A program made the translations under genes and the position numbers. A stretch of DNA of 64,000 nucleotides, from NCBI RefSeq assembly GCF_009914755.1, contig NC_060942.1; one strand, 5' to 3'. Below are positions 38,870 to 53,040 of the stretch, piece by piece (the stretch's first letter is position 1; each line of letters opens with the position of its first letter). The DNA comes from the human T2T-CHM13v2.0 reference genome, Homo sapiens. The notes under the pieces are model-generated. The model had not been told where the DNA came from. It was given only the letters and a program-made list of their open reading frames with translations, and ran no database searches.

Positions 38870-40400
38870 AGAAAAGGAACTCAGCAGAAGTAAATTTTAA
38901 GAAAATTCCCCCAAAATGCACTCAAATAATAAGAGAATGTATGCTTCCATGAAATAATACTTGATTTTTATATTGATTTAAAAAATAAAAGAAGAAAGAA
39001 GTCCAGGGAATTAAAAATGCAGTAGATAACTATGGGCTGGAAGATAAAGTCAAGGAAAGTTTTCACGAAGTAGGACCAAAAGACAAATAAATTGAATATA
39101 GATTTTTTTAAATCAGAAAATTAAAGTATCAATATAGGATATCTGAAACTGACTAAAAGAAGGTCTAGAAAGAGAAAATGAGGAAAATGGAAAGAAGGAA
39201 ATTATCAAACAGTGAATACAAGAAAATTGATGAGACTGAGGGATTAGAGTTTCCAGCTTGAAGGAACTCACTAAGTACCCAGCAAAATGAGTGAATAAGA
39301 CTCATATTGGTTGTCATGAAGTTTCTGAACCCAAGAATATGCAATACTAATATCCTTGTCAGGAAAAAAAAGCAAAATAAAAGTCACACTATGAAAGTTA
39401 AAACGACATCAGACTTCTAAAAGCATTAATGGGTACTAGAAGTTAAAAAAGGAATCTCTTCAAAATCCTAACAGAAATTTTTGTCAAATAATAATTCTAT
39501 TACCAGCTAAACTATCAATCAAGTATAATGGTACAATAAAGATATTGTCAGATATGCACTCTCTCCAAACATTTGCCTCCCTTACACCCTTTTGCATGAA
39601 GCTACTGAAAAATATGCTCTCAAAGAGGGTAGATTAGTCTTGGGATTCAGAAACAGGTCAACATAGGAGAGAAAAAAGGGAATGTCCTGAGTAATGATTA
39701 TTTGAGCAAGTAAAGGAAAGGCTCTGAGGAAAAAGGAATAGAACTGATCAATGCCTTGGTATATTCAGCTGTATAGAAAACATGTTATGAGGTTTGGATA
39801 GTTGCGAAGGAATGAGTGACAGCATATAAAAACACCAAGCAGGCCAGGTGCAGTGGCTCACTCCTTGTAATCCCAGCACTTTGGGAGGCTGAGGCAGGCA
39901 GATTGCCTGAGCTCAGGAGTTTGCGACCAGCCTGGGCAATGCGGTGAAACCCCGTCTCTACTAAAATATGAAAAATTAGCCAGGCGTGGCGGCGTGCACC
40001 TGTAATCCCAGCTACTCAGGATGCTGAGGCAGAAGAATTGCTTGAACCCAGGAGGTGAAGGTTGAAGTGAGCCGAGATGAGACTCCCTCTCAAAAAAAAA
40101 AAAAAAAAAAAAAAGGAAAGAAAGCAAGCTGATAAAAACAATGAGGTAGTTATTAATACCAAAAAAAAAAACAAAACCCTAAACAAGTGTATAAGAAAGA
40201 AAATCATGTTTTACTACAGGAAAATACTTAGTTCAACAACGAACAATATTTACATAGGCACAATATTCACATTGAATATGAGTTCAGTTAAAACTGTAAG
40301 TAAGAAGTGTTAAGATGAGACTAAATCCTTGCCTGTCCTAATGGGAAGTTCACAGACAATGTCACAAACTGACATATCACTTACAGTATCAACAGATTGC
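38870..40400 (+). mobile_element. Ancient L1 ORF1-region remnant (HAL1/L1M-like), interrupted by an Alu
   Basis: A-rich strand with gggctggaagataaagtcaagga, gagtttccagcttgaagga, catcagacttct and agctaaactatcaatcaagt motifs. Boundaries approximate. Confidence 0.55.
39842..40115 (+). mobile_element. AluS with a ~33-bp deletion near the 3' end
   Basis: ggccaggtgcagtggctcac...gtgagccgagat|gagactcc followed by poly(A). Confidence 0.92.
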
Positions 40401-40707
40401 AACCGCCATATCTTACCTAGATGGCAAACTTGCCCTGTCTCCCAGGACCAGCTCTAGAGAACCCATGGGGAGAAACGGAATTAGGAAACAGCAACAACAT
40501 ATTGGCAGGCTGTTTTGAACTTGGTGTTTGGGGAGGAGAGAGTGGGAGAGAGCCAGGCCACTGCCATTCTTCAAGAAAAACTTCAAGAACAGCAGCCAAA
40601 ATCTGCACTTGGTCAGCAAAAGCCTTGGGACAGTTGTTCCCTGACCCATCATGCCAGAATTCTGGGGCAACAGCCCAGACTTCTGGCATAGGAGACCATG
40701 GAGATAG

Positions 40708-41308
<601 letters not shown>

Positions 41309-41982
41309 GAATCATTCTATGTTAAAAAAAAAAAAAAGTGACAATTCCTTCCATCCAAGAAACCAAGGGAATTCAGTGGATTCCCATTTGCCTTGACATG
41401 CTTGGCTGGCAGTCTGGCTCTGTGCCATGCTTGTCTGTCCCTCTGCCTATGGGAATGAGCCCAGAGATGCCTGACAGCATTAGGAAATTGCCAAATCACT
41501 GGCCATGGAGCAAGATGTCCAAACAAAGAGAGGCTTCCAGTCCACAGTCTGTGGGAGGAAAGCACTTGATTTCCCCAGGTTCTGATGTGCGTGTTGGAAA
41601 TGCCCCCCTCCTCCTTTTTGGCTATTGGAAAGTAATTGAGTCAGTTGCTTCAAATGGACTGATGATAATTCCTACCAATTAGCTGTATAATAATCATCCT
41701 GGCCATGTTTAGTTATCTGAGCAAGAGACAAAATTACATACTATTGCATACCAAATAACTTTTATAATATATACTTAAACATTCAGAAACAGTCAGGAGC
41801 CACCAGCAGACGCTTTGTGTCTCTGATGGTTTCACTGACAAACTCTGCCATCTTGAGTCTGTTTGCACAACTCAATTTGGAAATGTAAAAAGGGACAAGA
41901 ACGGCAGTATATATATGGTATAGCCAAGGTGGGGATGAATTATTTCCAGGAGTGCAATGCTGTTGGAATGGAAAATTCCATC

Positions 41983-42412
41983 TGTCTCATGATGGAAGCA
42001 GCTACATGCATGGAGTAAAACGGGGTTCAGCTTCCAGCTTAGCAAGTTTTCAAAAACTTTTTGGCTTCTAAAATCTTTATTGTTGTTTTTGTTGTTTTGT
42101 TTTTGGCACTGGGGGTGAATGGGTCTCCCAACCAAGAGAACATCAAGACTGGATGTGAATGGACTTCACATGGGGTCTGAACTCTCCTCTGTTGCCAGTG
42201 GCCACCTTGTTAGCTTCTTGGGCTCCCCAGGATGTGGATTTAGATTCTGGCTCTGCATCTCCCATGGAATATTAGATCAGGGAGTGGTCACAACCTCCTC
42301 CCCTGAATGAAATCTGCTCCCAGCGGATTTCAGCAGCAGGTGGACTTGAAATTGCACATGGTGGTCCTACTAGTGGGAGGACGGAAGGAGTGCTGATGCC
42401 CCGACAGAGGTG
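41983..42412 (+). repeat. Local direct duplication, copy 1 (about 430 bp)
   Basis: Aligns colinearly with 46988-47424, roughly 90% identical by eye. Confidence 0.95.
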
Positions 42413-43084
42413 GGGGGTCTTCTTTTTTCCTGGCTTCACGGTTCATATGAAGGGACTTCTACTGGAATTAATCGATTGAAAGTCTGTAAGAACTGGCAAT
42501 TTGCTCTTCTATCCCAAATAGCAGCCTGCTCTGTGGAGCCAAACCTTCCCCTGGGTGGGCTACCCAGGGCCTGCATGCATGGCAGGAGAGGAGGCCGCAG
42601 TTCATATTAGTAAGCCTTGTTAGCCTTGGATCTGAAGCCAAGTCCTTCCATCAGCTTATTCACAATAATGCCCACACATCTTTGCATCTTACTTTTCAAT
42701 TGGTTCTGAACTTGGAAGAAAAAAAAAGAAGGGGCATTATTTTTAAAATGGGCATTATTTTTACCCTTTAACTCCCAAAAGTCTAATCTTGTATTTTGGC
42801 TCCTGATTTCCCTCCTACAATAAGAGCAGTAAGTGACACTGGAGGTGCATTGTCTAGATTTCTGTCCCAAAGTCCTGAGGCTAAGAAGAATTGAGAGACA
42901 GCATGAACCTTGCTGCCACCGAGATACGGCATCCTAAGAGAGGAAGCAACTACATGTTTTGGAGCTTGGAGCAGGGCTTGGGAAGAGGCACAGGCCCAGC
43001 ACCCACCTGTTTCTGAGTGTACAAATGGTGAAAAGTAGTGGCATGGCCTCACGGAAGCCGCAGCAAAGGACAACTCGAAATTAG

Positions 43085-43222
43085 ATCAGCGCATCCAGAG
43101 GCTAGACTCCCCGTCCCCACCCCTGAGACTGATTCCACAGGTCTAAAATGAGACCTAAAAGCTGAATTTTTAAAAAAATATCTACCAGAAAGTCCTCGCT
43201 GTGACCAACCTGAAGAAAAACC
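43085..43222. mobile_element. MER5A-like DNA transposon remnant
   Basis: gtccccacccctgagactgattccacaggtct...gacct...tgaatttttaaaaa resembles MER5A. Confidence 0.45.
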
Positions 43223-44149
43223 AAGGCAGCTAGCTGTCCTATGTTTCAACCTTTGCCATGAGACTGGCACTAGACAAAGTACAGTAGAAATTCAAAGGGG
43301 ATTGAGAGACACAGCTCTGCCCGGAGTCCAAATAAGTAAGATCATGTGGAGCAGAGTGATACATGGAAATGCCAACATTTGCGTTCAGTCAGCAACCACA
43401 CAGGAGCAGTCAACTATCACTCCATCTGGGTCACCTCGGGGAAATCATCGTAGCCCCCAGGCCTGGGCGTCTTTATCCATCAGTGACTGTGGCTGTGCTG
43501 CAGCATGCTGAGGATGCCTTCTGGCTCTGGCCTTAACTGGTCCTTAAAGGAGAATGAGTACTGTCTGGCCCTGTGGGGTCCGTAAGTGAAGGAAGGTCAC
43601 ATGCTCACTGTGTCGCCCCATGTGGGCTGAGTGCAGAAAGCTGAAAAGGGTGCAACTCCCCACAAACACACACACTCCACTCAGGTCAGACACACACAAG
43701 AATCCACTTCCCTCCCCAAAAGAAGACTTAAGCGGGTGCTGGGAGAGCAGAAGAGGTTGCCTTCATGGCAGGTGGAACCTTGAATCTTGGATCTACATCC
43801 ACGGATTTAGACACAAATTGTCTAGACATGAATTGTGTGGATTTCCTCCAGGCTAAGTGTTACAGGCGAGTTCTGTCAGAGAGGAACAGGAACCCAACAG
43901 CGCAAGGCAAGGATGTTCTCTTATCTGGAGGGGAGCCAGGGAGGAGTCTATAGGCAGAGGGGGCTTGAGCCCTTCCACCAAGTAGCCACTTGGGTGAGAT
44001 GACGGCCAAAGTCCTGCCCATCGTTTCTGTGAATCAATCTAACCCAGCTGAAGAGAAAAGGAGAGCTGTTTCATGGGAGCTATCAGCACCTGTTGCCTGG
44101 ATCCCTGGACCTCCGGCTGGTCTCACCTCTCATTGTCCTGGCTACATTC

Positions 44150-45240
44150 CATTGGCTTCACTTCTTGATCCACACACAGCTAGTCTTTCCAGAAGCTTCC
44201 CCATCTCAGTAAATGGCACCAAGTTCTCTCAGTTGTCTTAAGACAAAGACTAGAAGCCATCCTTGACCTGTCTTTCTTTCACCCTCCTCCTGACTCATGC
44301 TTTGAATTCCAGATGGTGACTTCTCCAGGTATCTGCAGCCATCTGCCTGTGCAAGCCACCATCATCTCTCACCGGAACCACTGCAACAGCTTCTACTGTT
44401 CCTTCCTACAATCCAGAATGATCTTTCACCAAAGTGAGTCAGATCATGTCCCTCCCATCTGCATGAGTTATCTATGGCTGTGTAACAAACTATCCCAAGA
44501 TGTAGTGATGTAAATATAACAAGTATTTATCCCTTACAATTGCTGTGGGTCAGGAATTCTGGAGCAGCTTAAACTGGGTGGGTCCAGTTCAGGGTTAAGG
44601 TGTCATCAGGGGCTGCTGTCATTTGAAGGCTCAACTGAGGCGGAGGAGGCACGGGCAGGGTGATGTACTCACGTGACTTCACCGCGTGGCTTCCCACAGG
44701 CTGCTTGGCATCCTCATAACATGGCAGCCTCTTTTCCTTGAGAAAGTGATCCAAGACACAGGCTGAAGCTACAGTGTCTTTTAAGACCTGGCCTCAGAAG
44801 TCATACATTGTCACTTCAGCCTATTCCATTTGCTAGAAATGATTCACTAAGTCCACTCAAGGGGTGGCTGCCTCCACCTTCTGAAGGGAATGTCAAACAA
44901 ATGATGAGCATATTTTAAACCACTCACCATCTCAAGGTCCACACCTGCCTCCTGGCTTTAATTGTTATGTCTCAGTCCCAAACACACCAAACCTGCAGAG
45001 TGTTGCTACTCCCTGGTTACTTGAGGCCTTTGTACTTGCTGTTCTAGAAGTTTCTTTAGTCAAGGCCAATCCCTTCTCATCATTCAAGTCTCAGCCCCGA
45101 CCTCCCTCTTTCTGAGAGGACTTTCCTGACATCAAATTTAAAATAGTGCTCCTCATTTATCAGTGTCAGGAAGCAACTTTGTCATTTGTCGACTGTGTCT
45201 CCACCACCCGACCCTGAGCTCCTGGAGAGCAGGCTCCTTG
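44150..45240 (+). mobile_element. L2 remnant split by an MLT1 LTR (halves at about 44150-44458 and 44927-45240)
   Basis: ttccccatctcagtaaatggcacc, caagccaccatcatctctcacc and agtcagatcatgtc, then ggcctttgtacttgctgttc and ttctcatcattcaagtctcagc. Confidence 0.7.
44459..44926 (-). mobile_element. Solo MLT1 (MLT1F-like) LTR
   Basis: agttatctatggctgtgtaacaaactatccc...gtgggtcaggaatt...gcctcagaagtcatac...catattttaaaccac. Confidence 0.8.
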
Positions 45241-45696
45241 CTGCCGCACCACACTGGCCTCAAGGCTGAGCATCCCTACAGCCTGACTGGAAGGAGCTAG
45301 CAAACCCAGGAGTGGATCCAAGAGGCTCTGCCAGAGCAGTTGTGCGGCTCCATATCAACCACAGTGTCTGACATGGAAAATCAGTGAGCTCGAAACTTCA
45401 GCCCATTTCGTTTCATTGGAAACCTGGTGAGCCCAGATCAGGAAGGTGTCACCGTTTTAACTCAGAGCCGTGTTAGGAAGCTCTCCCTCCCTGCTGTCAG
45501 GGTGAGCGTTGTGCCGTTCTAGCATCTTATGGTTTTAACCACATGATAAATGAATTCCTTCACATGAATCCCACAGAACAAACATGCACTTTTCCATTTA
45601 TGAATTGGAGTTCAGAGTTGTGTTTTTTAGCTTTTCTCTAAATTTACCAAAATTTTTAAAATAAAATTACTCATGACCCCACTAAGTAAGGAATTA

Positions 45697-46246
<550 letters not shown>

Positions 46247-46987
46247 TCACACGATGCCTGTACAGGTGTTCATTTCAGACGTTTTAGACACTGTCTGCAC
46301 CATGTCATTTTTATGATTGTCAAGTTCCACAAAGCTTCTTTCTTCTTCTTTAAAAAGTCTCTTTAATTTTGAGAACTTTCCTGCTAATCATTTCTCCGTT
46401 TGCTAATGATCCTAACCTTCCACAAAATGACTTCTCCCTCGCCAGCCTTCATTTTACTTCTTGTGCTTTCCCTGCTCTCTTTTCCTGCCCTCGGATTTCC
46501 CATTTTTCAAGCCATAAGGCAGACTTCAGTCTGTTGAATTTCAGCTCTTTCTTCCTGTCTTGGATTGCCTATTACCTATTGCAAAGGTCATTTTAAGTGT
46601 AATTCAGCTTAAATTACTTTATTTTCTCATCACTGGATTTTTTCTCTCTCTGGTCCCTTTCTCCTTCGCAGGCCCTCCACTCTGCCTACCCACCCCCATC
46701 TAAGTTTCACTTCTCAGGGACCATTCTCAGCAGCTCCTGATGAGGCTGGATGAAAAGCATTCTTGAGTCTGTTATTTGGAAGGTTAAGATTTGCACGCTC
46801 ACTGCCTGGCCATGGAGGTTGGGGCCGGAGGCAGGGGTGCCTTCTAGGATATGTGCAAACACAACTAAGATCCCAGCTCTGAGTGTGGGAGACCCCACAT
46901 ATAGTCTGCTGTTTTCTCAGTGTGTCAGGAATCACAGCAGCAAGCCCGGTGTGCTAGGCTGTCCAGACACTTTCCAGAACCACTGAG

Positions 46988-47424
46988 TGTCTCATGATGG
47001 CAGCCACTACCCGCATGGAGTAAAACGGGGTTCAGCTTCCAGCTTAGCAAGTTTTCGAAAACTTTTTGGTTTCTAAAATCTTTATTGTTGTTTTTGTTGT
47101 TTTGTTTTTGGCACTGGGGGTGAATGGGTCTCCCAACCAAGAGAACATCAAGACTGGATGTGAATGGACTTCACGTGGAGCCTGAACTCTCCTCCATCGC
47201 CAGCGGCCGCCTTGTTGGCTCCTAGCTCCCCAGGATGTGGATTTAGATTCTGGCTCTGCATCTCCCATGGAATATTAGATCAGGGGGTGGTCTTAGGGTC
47301 ACAACCTCCTCCCCTGAATGAAACCTGCTCCCAGCAGATTTCAGCAGCAGGTGGACTTGAAATTGCACATGGCAGTCCTACTAAGTGGAAGGACGGAAGG
47401 AATGCTGATGCCCCAACATAGGTG
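46988..47424 (+). repeat. Local direct duplication, copy 2
   Basis: Aligns with 41983-42412 and has a 7-nt insertion near 47292. Confidence 0.95.
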
Positions 47425-47478
47425 TAAGAGGAGGGAGAGGCTATCAGGACAACTCCAACCTCTTCAGCCTGTGAAGAA

Positions 47479-48361
47479 GTGCATGTGAGAGCGTGCATGT
47501 GTGTGTGCACTTGTGTGTGTACACTTGTGAAAGTGTGTGTGCACACGTGAGTCTGAGGGCACACATGAGCATGAGTGCACACATGTGAGTGTGCACTCAT
47601 GTGTAAGTGTACATATGAGAGTGAGCATGTGTGAATGTGATGTGTGTGGCTGTATATGTGAATGAATGCATGTGTGAGTGCACACGAGTGTGCATATGTG
47701 TCAGTGTGCATGCATGAGTGTACTGTGTGCTTACACACGTGAGCATTCATGAACACATGAACATGTACATGTCTGAATCCATGTGTGAGCATGTGCATGT
47801 GAATGTACATATGTGAGCATGAGTGTGTTCATATTTACACATGTGCTGTGCATGCCTGTGTGAATGTGCATGCCCATGTGTAGCGCATGTGAACATGTGT
47901 GCATAGATGTGCACGCGAATGTGCACATAGGTACATGTGTGTGCATGTGTGTACATGTGAACGTGTGCACACACGTGTGACTGTGTGTGCATGTGTGTAC
48001 ATGTGAACGTGTGCACACACGTGTGACTGTGTGTGTATGTGTAGGCATGCACACATGAACATGTGTGCAAATGTGTGCATGTGAATGCACATGTACATGT
48101 GTGCATCTGTGTACATGTGAATGTGTGCATGCATGTGTGTGACTTCACATGTGAGGGCATGTGTGTGAATATGCATGTGTGTGGGCATGATGCATATGTA
48201 CATGTGAGTCTGCATGCATGTGGTGCATGTGTGTGCACATGTGTGAGCATATTCGTGTGAAGGTGTGTTGTGTGAATATGTATGCATGTGTACATGTGAC
48301 TATGCATGTAAGCATCTGCATGCACATGTGTGTGACTGTGTGAGAGCGTGCATGTGTGTGG
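47479..48361 (+). repeat. ~880-bp (TG/CATG)n alternating purine-pyrimidine low-complexity tract
   Basis: Seen directly. It is the source of the His/Thr/Cys/Met-rich ORFs in the track. Confidence 0.97.
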
Positions 48362-48370
48362 CAGCAGGAA

Positions 48371-48386
48371 GCCGCCATCTGGTGGG
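48371..48386 (-). promoter_or_regulatory. Strong CTCF core motif
   Basis: The minus strand reads cCCACCAGATGGCGGc, a full match to CCASYAGRKGGCRS. Confidence 0.55.
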
Positions 48387-48859
48387 CTTCCTGACCCTGG
48401 GTTCTGCCTCAACTCCTGAGACATTACCCACCGCCTGGGTCTTTCCAGAAAGTTCTATCCCCAGCTTCTTCCTGGAGCAGAGTGCATGCTGTCCAAGGCC
48501 TGCAGAGCTGGGCTCTCCCTTCGACTACGGTAAGGGCCATGTCCTGGCTGAAAGACTCCGCCTCTGGGCAGTGGGGGTCCTCACCGCCTTAGGCTGACAG
48601 TGGGTTTTTAGGAGGAAGCTGAGGGCCTGGGCGTGTCCCCTGGCTGGGCCTCAGACCCCACCTTGCCAAAGCAGCAAACGCGCTGCCTCAAGTGAGTGTG
48701 TGTGGCCATGAAGCCTTGGGCAAGGGACCATACCAGAGCCTCCGAGCTGGCGCCCGTGGCCTTTGTACTCGCTGTTCTGGAAGGTTCTCTCAGCAGTGTG
48801 GTTACTTCTCTCACTGAAGTCTCAGGCCCACGGCCCACATGGCCACGGTGTCCCTTTCC

Positions 48860-49330
48860 CCACACCGCGCTCTTGGTCGGGGAGTGGCGCTCCCGCCACC
48901 TCCCTCCCTGCCTTTGGGGCCACAAACTGAGGACTTCTGTGCACAGATCGTCCTGCGTTGGTGTTGCCTTTGGTTGAGCAGGTGAGAAGAGCAGACACAT
49001 GACAAAGGCCTGCACCGGTAGAAGGATGGGGACGACCTTAGGTCGGATGGTCGGGGCCAGGTGTGCACAGGACACACCCGGGTGCAGGGGCGCGCAGCTT
49101 CTAATGACGCGGCACTCGAGCACTGTCTAATTAATCCCGTGTTTTCACACAGCGTAACTGCGGAGCCGGGGCTGAGTTATTTGGCTACTGGAGGTGGAGC
49201 GCGGCCCTGTCCTCCCTTCTCTGCTCACAACTGAGGATGCTGCACATTGTGGGGTGCGAAAGTCCGCACGGCCTATCTGTCATCCCGCATTATCAGGAAG
49301 ACGCGCCACTTCCATGCCGGGCTGCAAGGC
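48860..49330. promoter_or_regulatory. CpG-rich patch
   Basis: Raised CG density by eye (ggggcgcgcag, gacgcggc, gagcgcggcc). Confidence 0.4.
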
Positions 49331-49479
49331 TCCAGCAAATTGTTATTTTTATGGGAGATGATAAAGGAAATGCTACCTTATGTTCAAATCTTTACCTATC
49401 AGGTGCAAGGAATATACAGCCCCGGCCAACCCACAGTGTATAGGGTGGCAAAGCCGCAGGCTGCATCCTGGACCCTGCA

Positions 49480-49631
49480 TGCACCCCCAGCGCACGCCCA
49501 GCCCACCCCCAGCGCACGCCCTGCCCACCTTCAGCCCACCCCCAGTTCACCCCCATCCCACACCCAACCCACACCCAGCCCACCCTCAGCCCACACCCAG
49601 CTCACACCCAGTCCACACCCAGCTCACACCC
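49480..49631 (+). repeat. ~11-bp C-rich minisatellite (CCCACACCCAG)n
   Basis: About 13 degenerate units; seen directly. Confidence 0.88.
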
Positions 49632-51089
49632 AGGTCCCCAGGACCAAAGGAGGAGGCTAGCCACAGCTTCCACAGCAGCAACCTCTTCTTTCTTTCCTTT
49701 TTTTTTTTTTTTTTTGCATATAATTTTAAAATATGCCTTCGTGGCCCAGGGTCACCTTTATGGAGAGCTCTCCAGGTTCCCTGGCACCCCCTTTCCCCGT
49801 GCTTGCCTGCAGGTTCAGGGTGTCTGCTGGAGCAGACTTTTGCACATTACTGCTCACCTCTGATATACGAGCTTGCCATTTGGAGGCTGGTAGAGCCCGG
49901 CTTCCCCCAGGAGCTCAGGGAGATTTGTGGCTTAGACATTTGCTCACTGGGTGGGGTTCCTGGGACTGTTCTAATGGAGGCCACACAGGGCCTCCACCCC
50001 ATGGGACCGTTTGAACTCAGCACCCCTGGACAGCTTGGCCTGTGCCTGATATACCCCAGAGCCAGTGTCCTCTGCGTGGGGCACGGCACGGCTGAGGCCC
50101 TGCCCGGTGTCCAGTTGCTCTGAGCGGTGTGGACAAGGAGGCTGGCCTGGCCTGGGAGGACTCCAGCGTGAGAAGCCCATGGTGACAGCCCCCACTGAGG
50201 GACCCCTCCAGCCTCTCAGTCCATAGGGGCCCTGCGATCGGTGCGCGCTCCTCCCTCTCCACACCTGCTGTGTGCACGAAGCAAGGGCATCCTGGTGCAT
50301 CTCTGGAGATGGGAGCGGAGGCTGGAAGCCCTTTTCCAGGTGCACGCAGGAGCCGAGTGCAGGCCCTGGAACTGGAGAGGCCGCCTGGAGCCTGTTTATC
50401 ACAGGATCACAACCAGGTCCACAGCGGCAGGAGGAGGCAGCTGGTTTGAGGACTAAGCAGGGTTAATGCTCACACACTCAGCCCGCCAGGCTCCTGAGGC
50501 TGAGCGAGGCCACCACGGCTTCCCCACCTGTCTTCCAGGCGGAAGTCTGTGGGACCAGGGGCGGGTGGGGAAGCCCACCGTGCTCTATGCCCCTCTGACG
50601 GGCCTAGTTTTCATTCTGTCTCCAACACACTGGAAAATTCAATGCAGGTACATCACTTCTTGCCAACCCATCAACTAGAATTTCACCTACCACTCTTTAG
50701 AAATAAAATTGAAAATCTTAAAGTAACCCGTTTCAATCGATTTCTAAATAATTTCTGTAAAGATCTGTGCGTTTTGGGCTGTTGGAGTATTTGGGACATG
50801 CGCAGTTAACCTCTGGCCTCTGTGAGATGAGGTTTTAGATCTCCCCATCCCTGCTTCCTTCACTATGAACGTCACTGGGCAGTTTTGAGGACAAACAGGA
50901 AACAAGTTGAGTTCCTTGGAGCGGGAAATGCTCTGCAAAGTTTAAAAGTTACATATGATGACTAGAGCCATGTGATGCAATTAGTAAATACAAAACGACA
51001 GCCATCAAAAGTGTAAACAGGCACTAGACCAGCCAGGAAAGTCTTTCGGGGCCACCTAGTTGAGACGTGCGTACGTTTTTCTTGGTTTC

Positions 51090-52100
51090 TGTTTATGCTG
51101 GGGCGTTGACTGAGTCCCTAGAGGACACTGGGCACCTCCCGGCCCTTCCTAAGTATGAAAGAGAAGGGGCCCCGGCACAGCTGAAAGCCATCTGAGGCAC
51201 GAGCTGGTGGCGGCGGTCCGGACACAGGCCCCAGGTGGCCGTGACGGCCCTGGGACGCCCTCTCCCTCCTGCCACAGGCGGGGCACGCAGAGGCACAGAG
51301 GCCCCGGGCTCCGTCCTCAGCCTCGGCTGGAGAAAGAAACAGGGAGAGCACAGTCAGAGGTGGTGGGAGGGGAGGAAACACGTAATGTGGATTGCGGAAA
51401 TGAATGAAGACCAACACAACGAGAAAGCAAAGGCGCCTGGATCAGAGTTTGCCAGGTTGCCGGCCGCCCTCGCGCGTGTTCCAGCGGAGACTCACAGCAG
51501 AGGAGAGGGAAGGCTTTGCAGTGGGACAAACGGAAGGCCCCGGGCGTGCCCAGCTTGGAGGCTGTTGGCCTGGAAGGCTGGAGGAGTGTTGACGTGACAG
51601 GCCCCAGGAGCTCCAAAGTAGGAATTGCGTGGGGAGGGCCTCAGAGGCTGGCGTGGGGGCTGCCGGTGAGCCTGGGAGGGTTGCGGCATTGTAGGTAGGA
51701 CAGGAGGAATTCCCAGTGGGAACCACAGTGACCGTAAAAGGAGCAGCATTCTTTAAAACAGAGCTTCTCAAACTGCGATGTTCCCGGAAGCACGCAGAGG
51801 CCCTGTGCGAATGCGGACGCAGGGCAAGGCCGCTGGGCTCTGTGCCTGGGCAGCGCTGTGCCTTCGGCTCCCAGGTGCTGCTTTCGGAAGCAAGGATTTG
51901 GGGCATCGCTGCGTTTCCTGCAGCGCCGGCCTGGCCGGTTCTGCTGTAACACACTCCAGCCTGGACCCTTCGGTGGGTGGGATTCCATTTTCTTTCAAGA
52001 GAGAACTCCATTTGAAAGCGTGGCCATCCCGGGCGCTGTCAGCTGTTGGCCTGGCTTCTTTCTTCCCGGGCTTTGCTATCAGCGCCTCTATCCCGCAGCC
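51090..52100. promoter_or_regulatory. Orphan CpG island-like region
   Basis: About 1 kb of non-repeat GC-rich sequence with many CGs (gccggccgccctcgcgcgtg, gcgccggcctggccgg); obs/exp not computed. Confidence 0.5.
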
Positions 52101-52740
52101 GTTCATTGTTCATGCATCAGGCGCACAGTCCCAGTGTTCATTCTGCCATTACCAAAACCACTGAAATTGTAATCACTGCTCTTTAATAATTCTGAATATC
52201 AAAGGAAGACAATTCTCACAGGTCAGTATTTTTGCCAAAACTTGGTATTGTGTCTTTTTCATTGTAGCCACTCTGGTGGAGGTGTAGTAAAATTGCAATG
52301 GGGTTTTAACTTGCGTTTATCCAGTGATAAATGTAGCTGTGCAGTTTTTCGTATGTTTATTGGACACTTGGCTATCCCTTTTTTACTTTTTTAAAAATAG
52401 CATTATTGAGGTATAATTCACAATAACATGAAATTCACACATTTAAAGCACACAATTCTGATTTTTAGAATATTCACAGATTTGTGCAACCATCACTAGG
52501 ATCTAATTTTAATCATCCTCAAGAGAAATTCTATACCTAGAGCAGTCACTCCTCAGTTCTAGGCAACCAGTAATCTCCTATTTTCTTCTCAGAACTTCAT
52601 CATCTTAGTTTATACATTTAGGATTAGGATCATTTTGAGTTAATTTTTGTGTATGGTACGAAGTGGGGATCCAACTTCATTATTTGCACATGGATAGCTC
52701 ATGTGCATCTGACTGTCCCAGCACCAGCACCATTTGTTGA

Positions 52741-53040
<300 letters not shown>

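Noticed and set aside
47280-48424. His/Cys/Thr/Met-rich ORFs suggestive of metal-binding proteins
   Set aside because: They are translations of the TG/CATG microsatellite.
50016-50034. REST/NRSE-like site CTCAGCACC-cct-GGACAGC
   Set aside because: The spacer is 3 nt rather than the canonical 2 and the 3' flank is poor. A second candidate at about 33151-33168 lacks the core CC.
49380-50123. 247-aa Pro/His-rich ORF
   Set aside because: Non-ATG start, and it runs through a C-rich minisatellite and a poly(T) tract.
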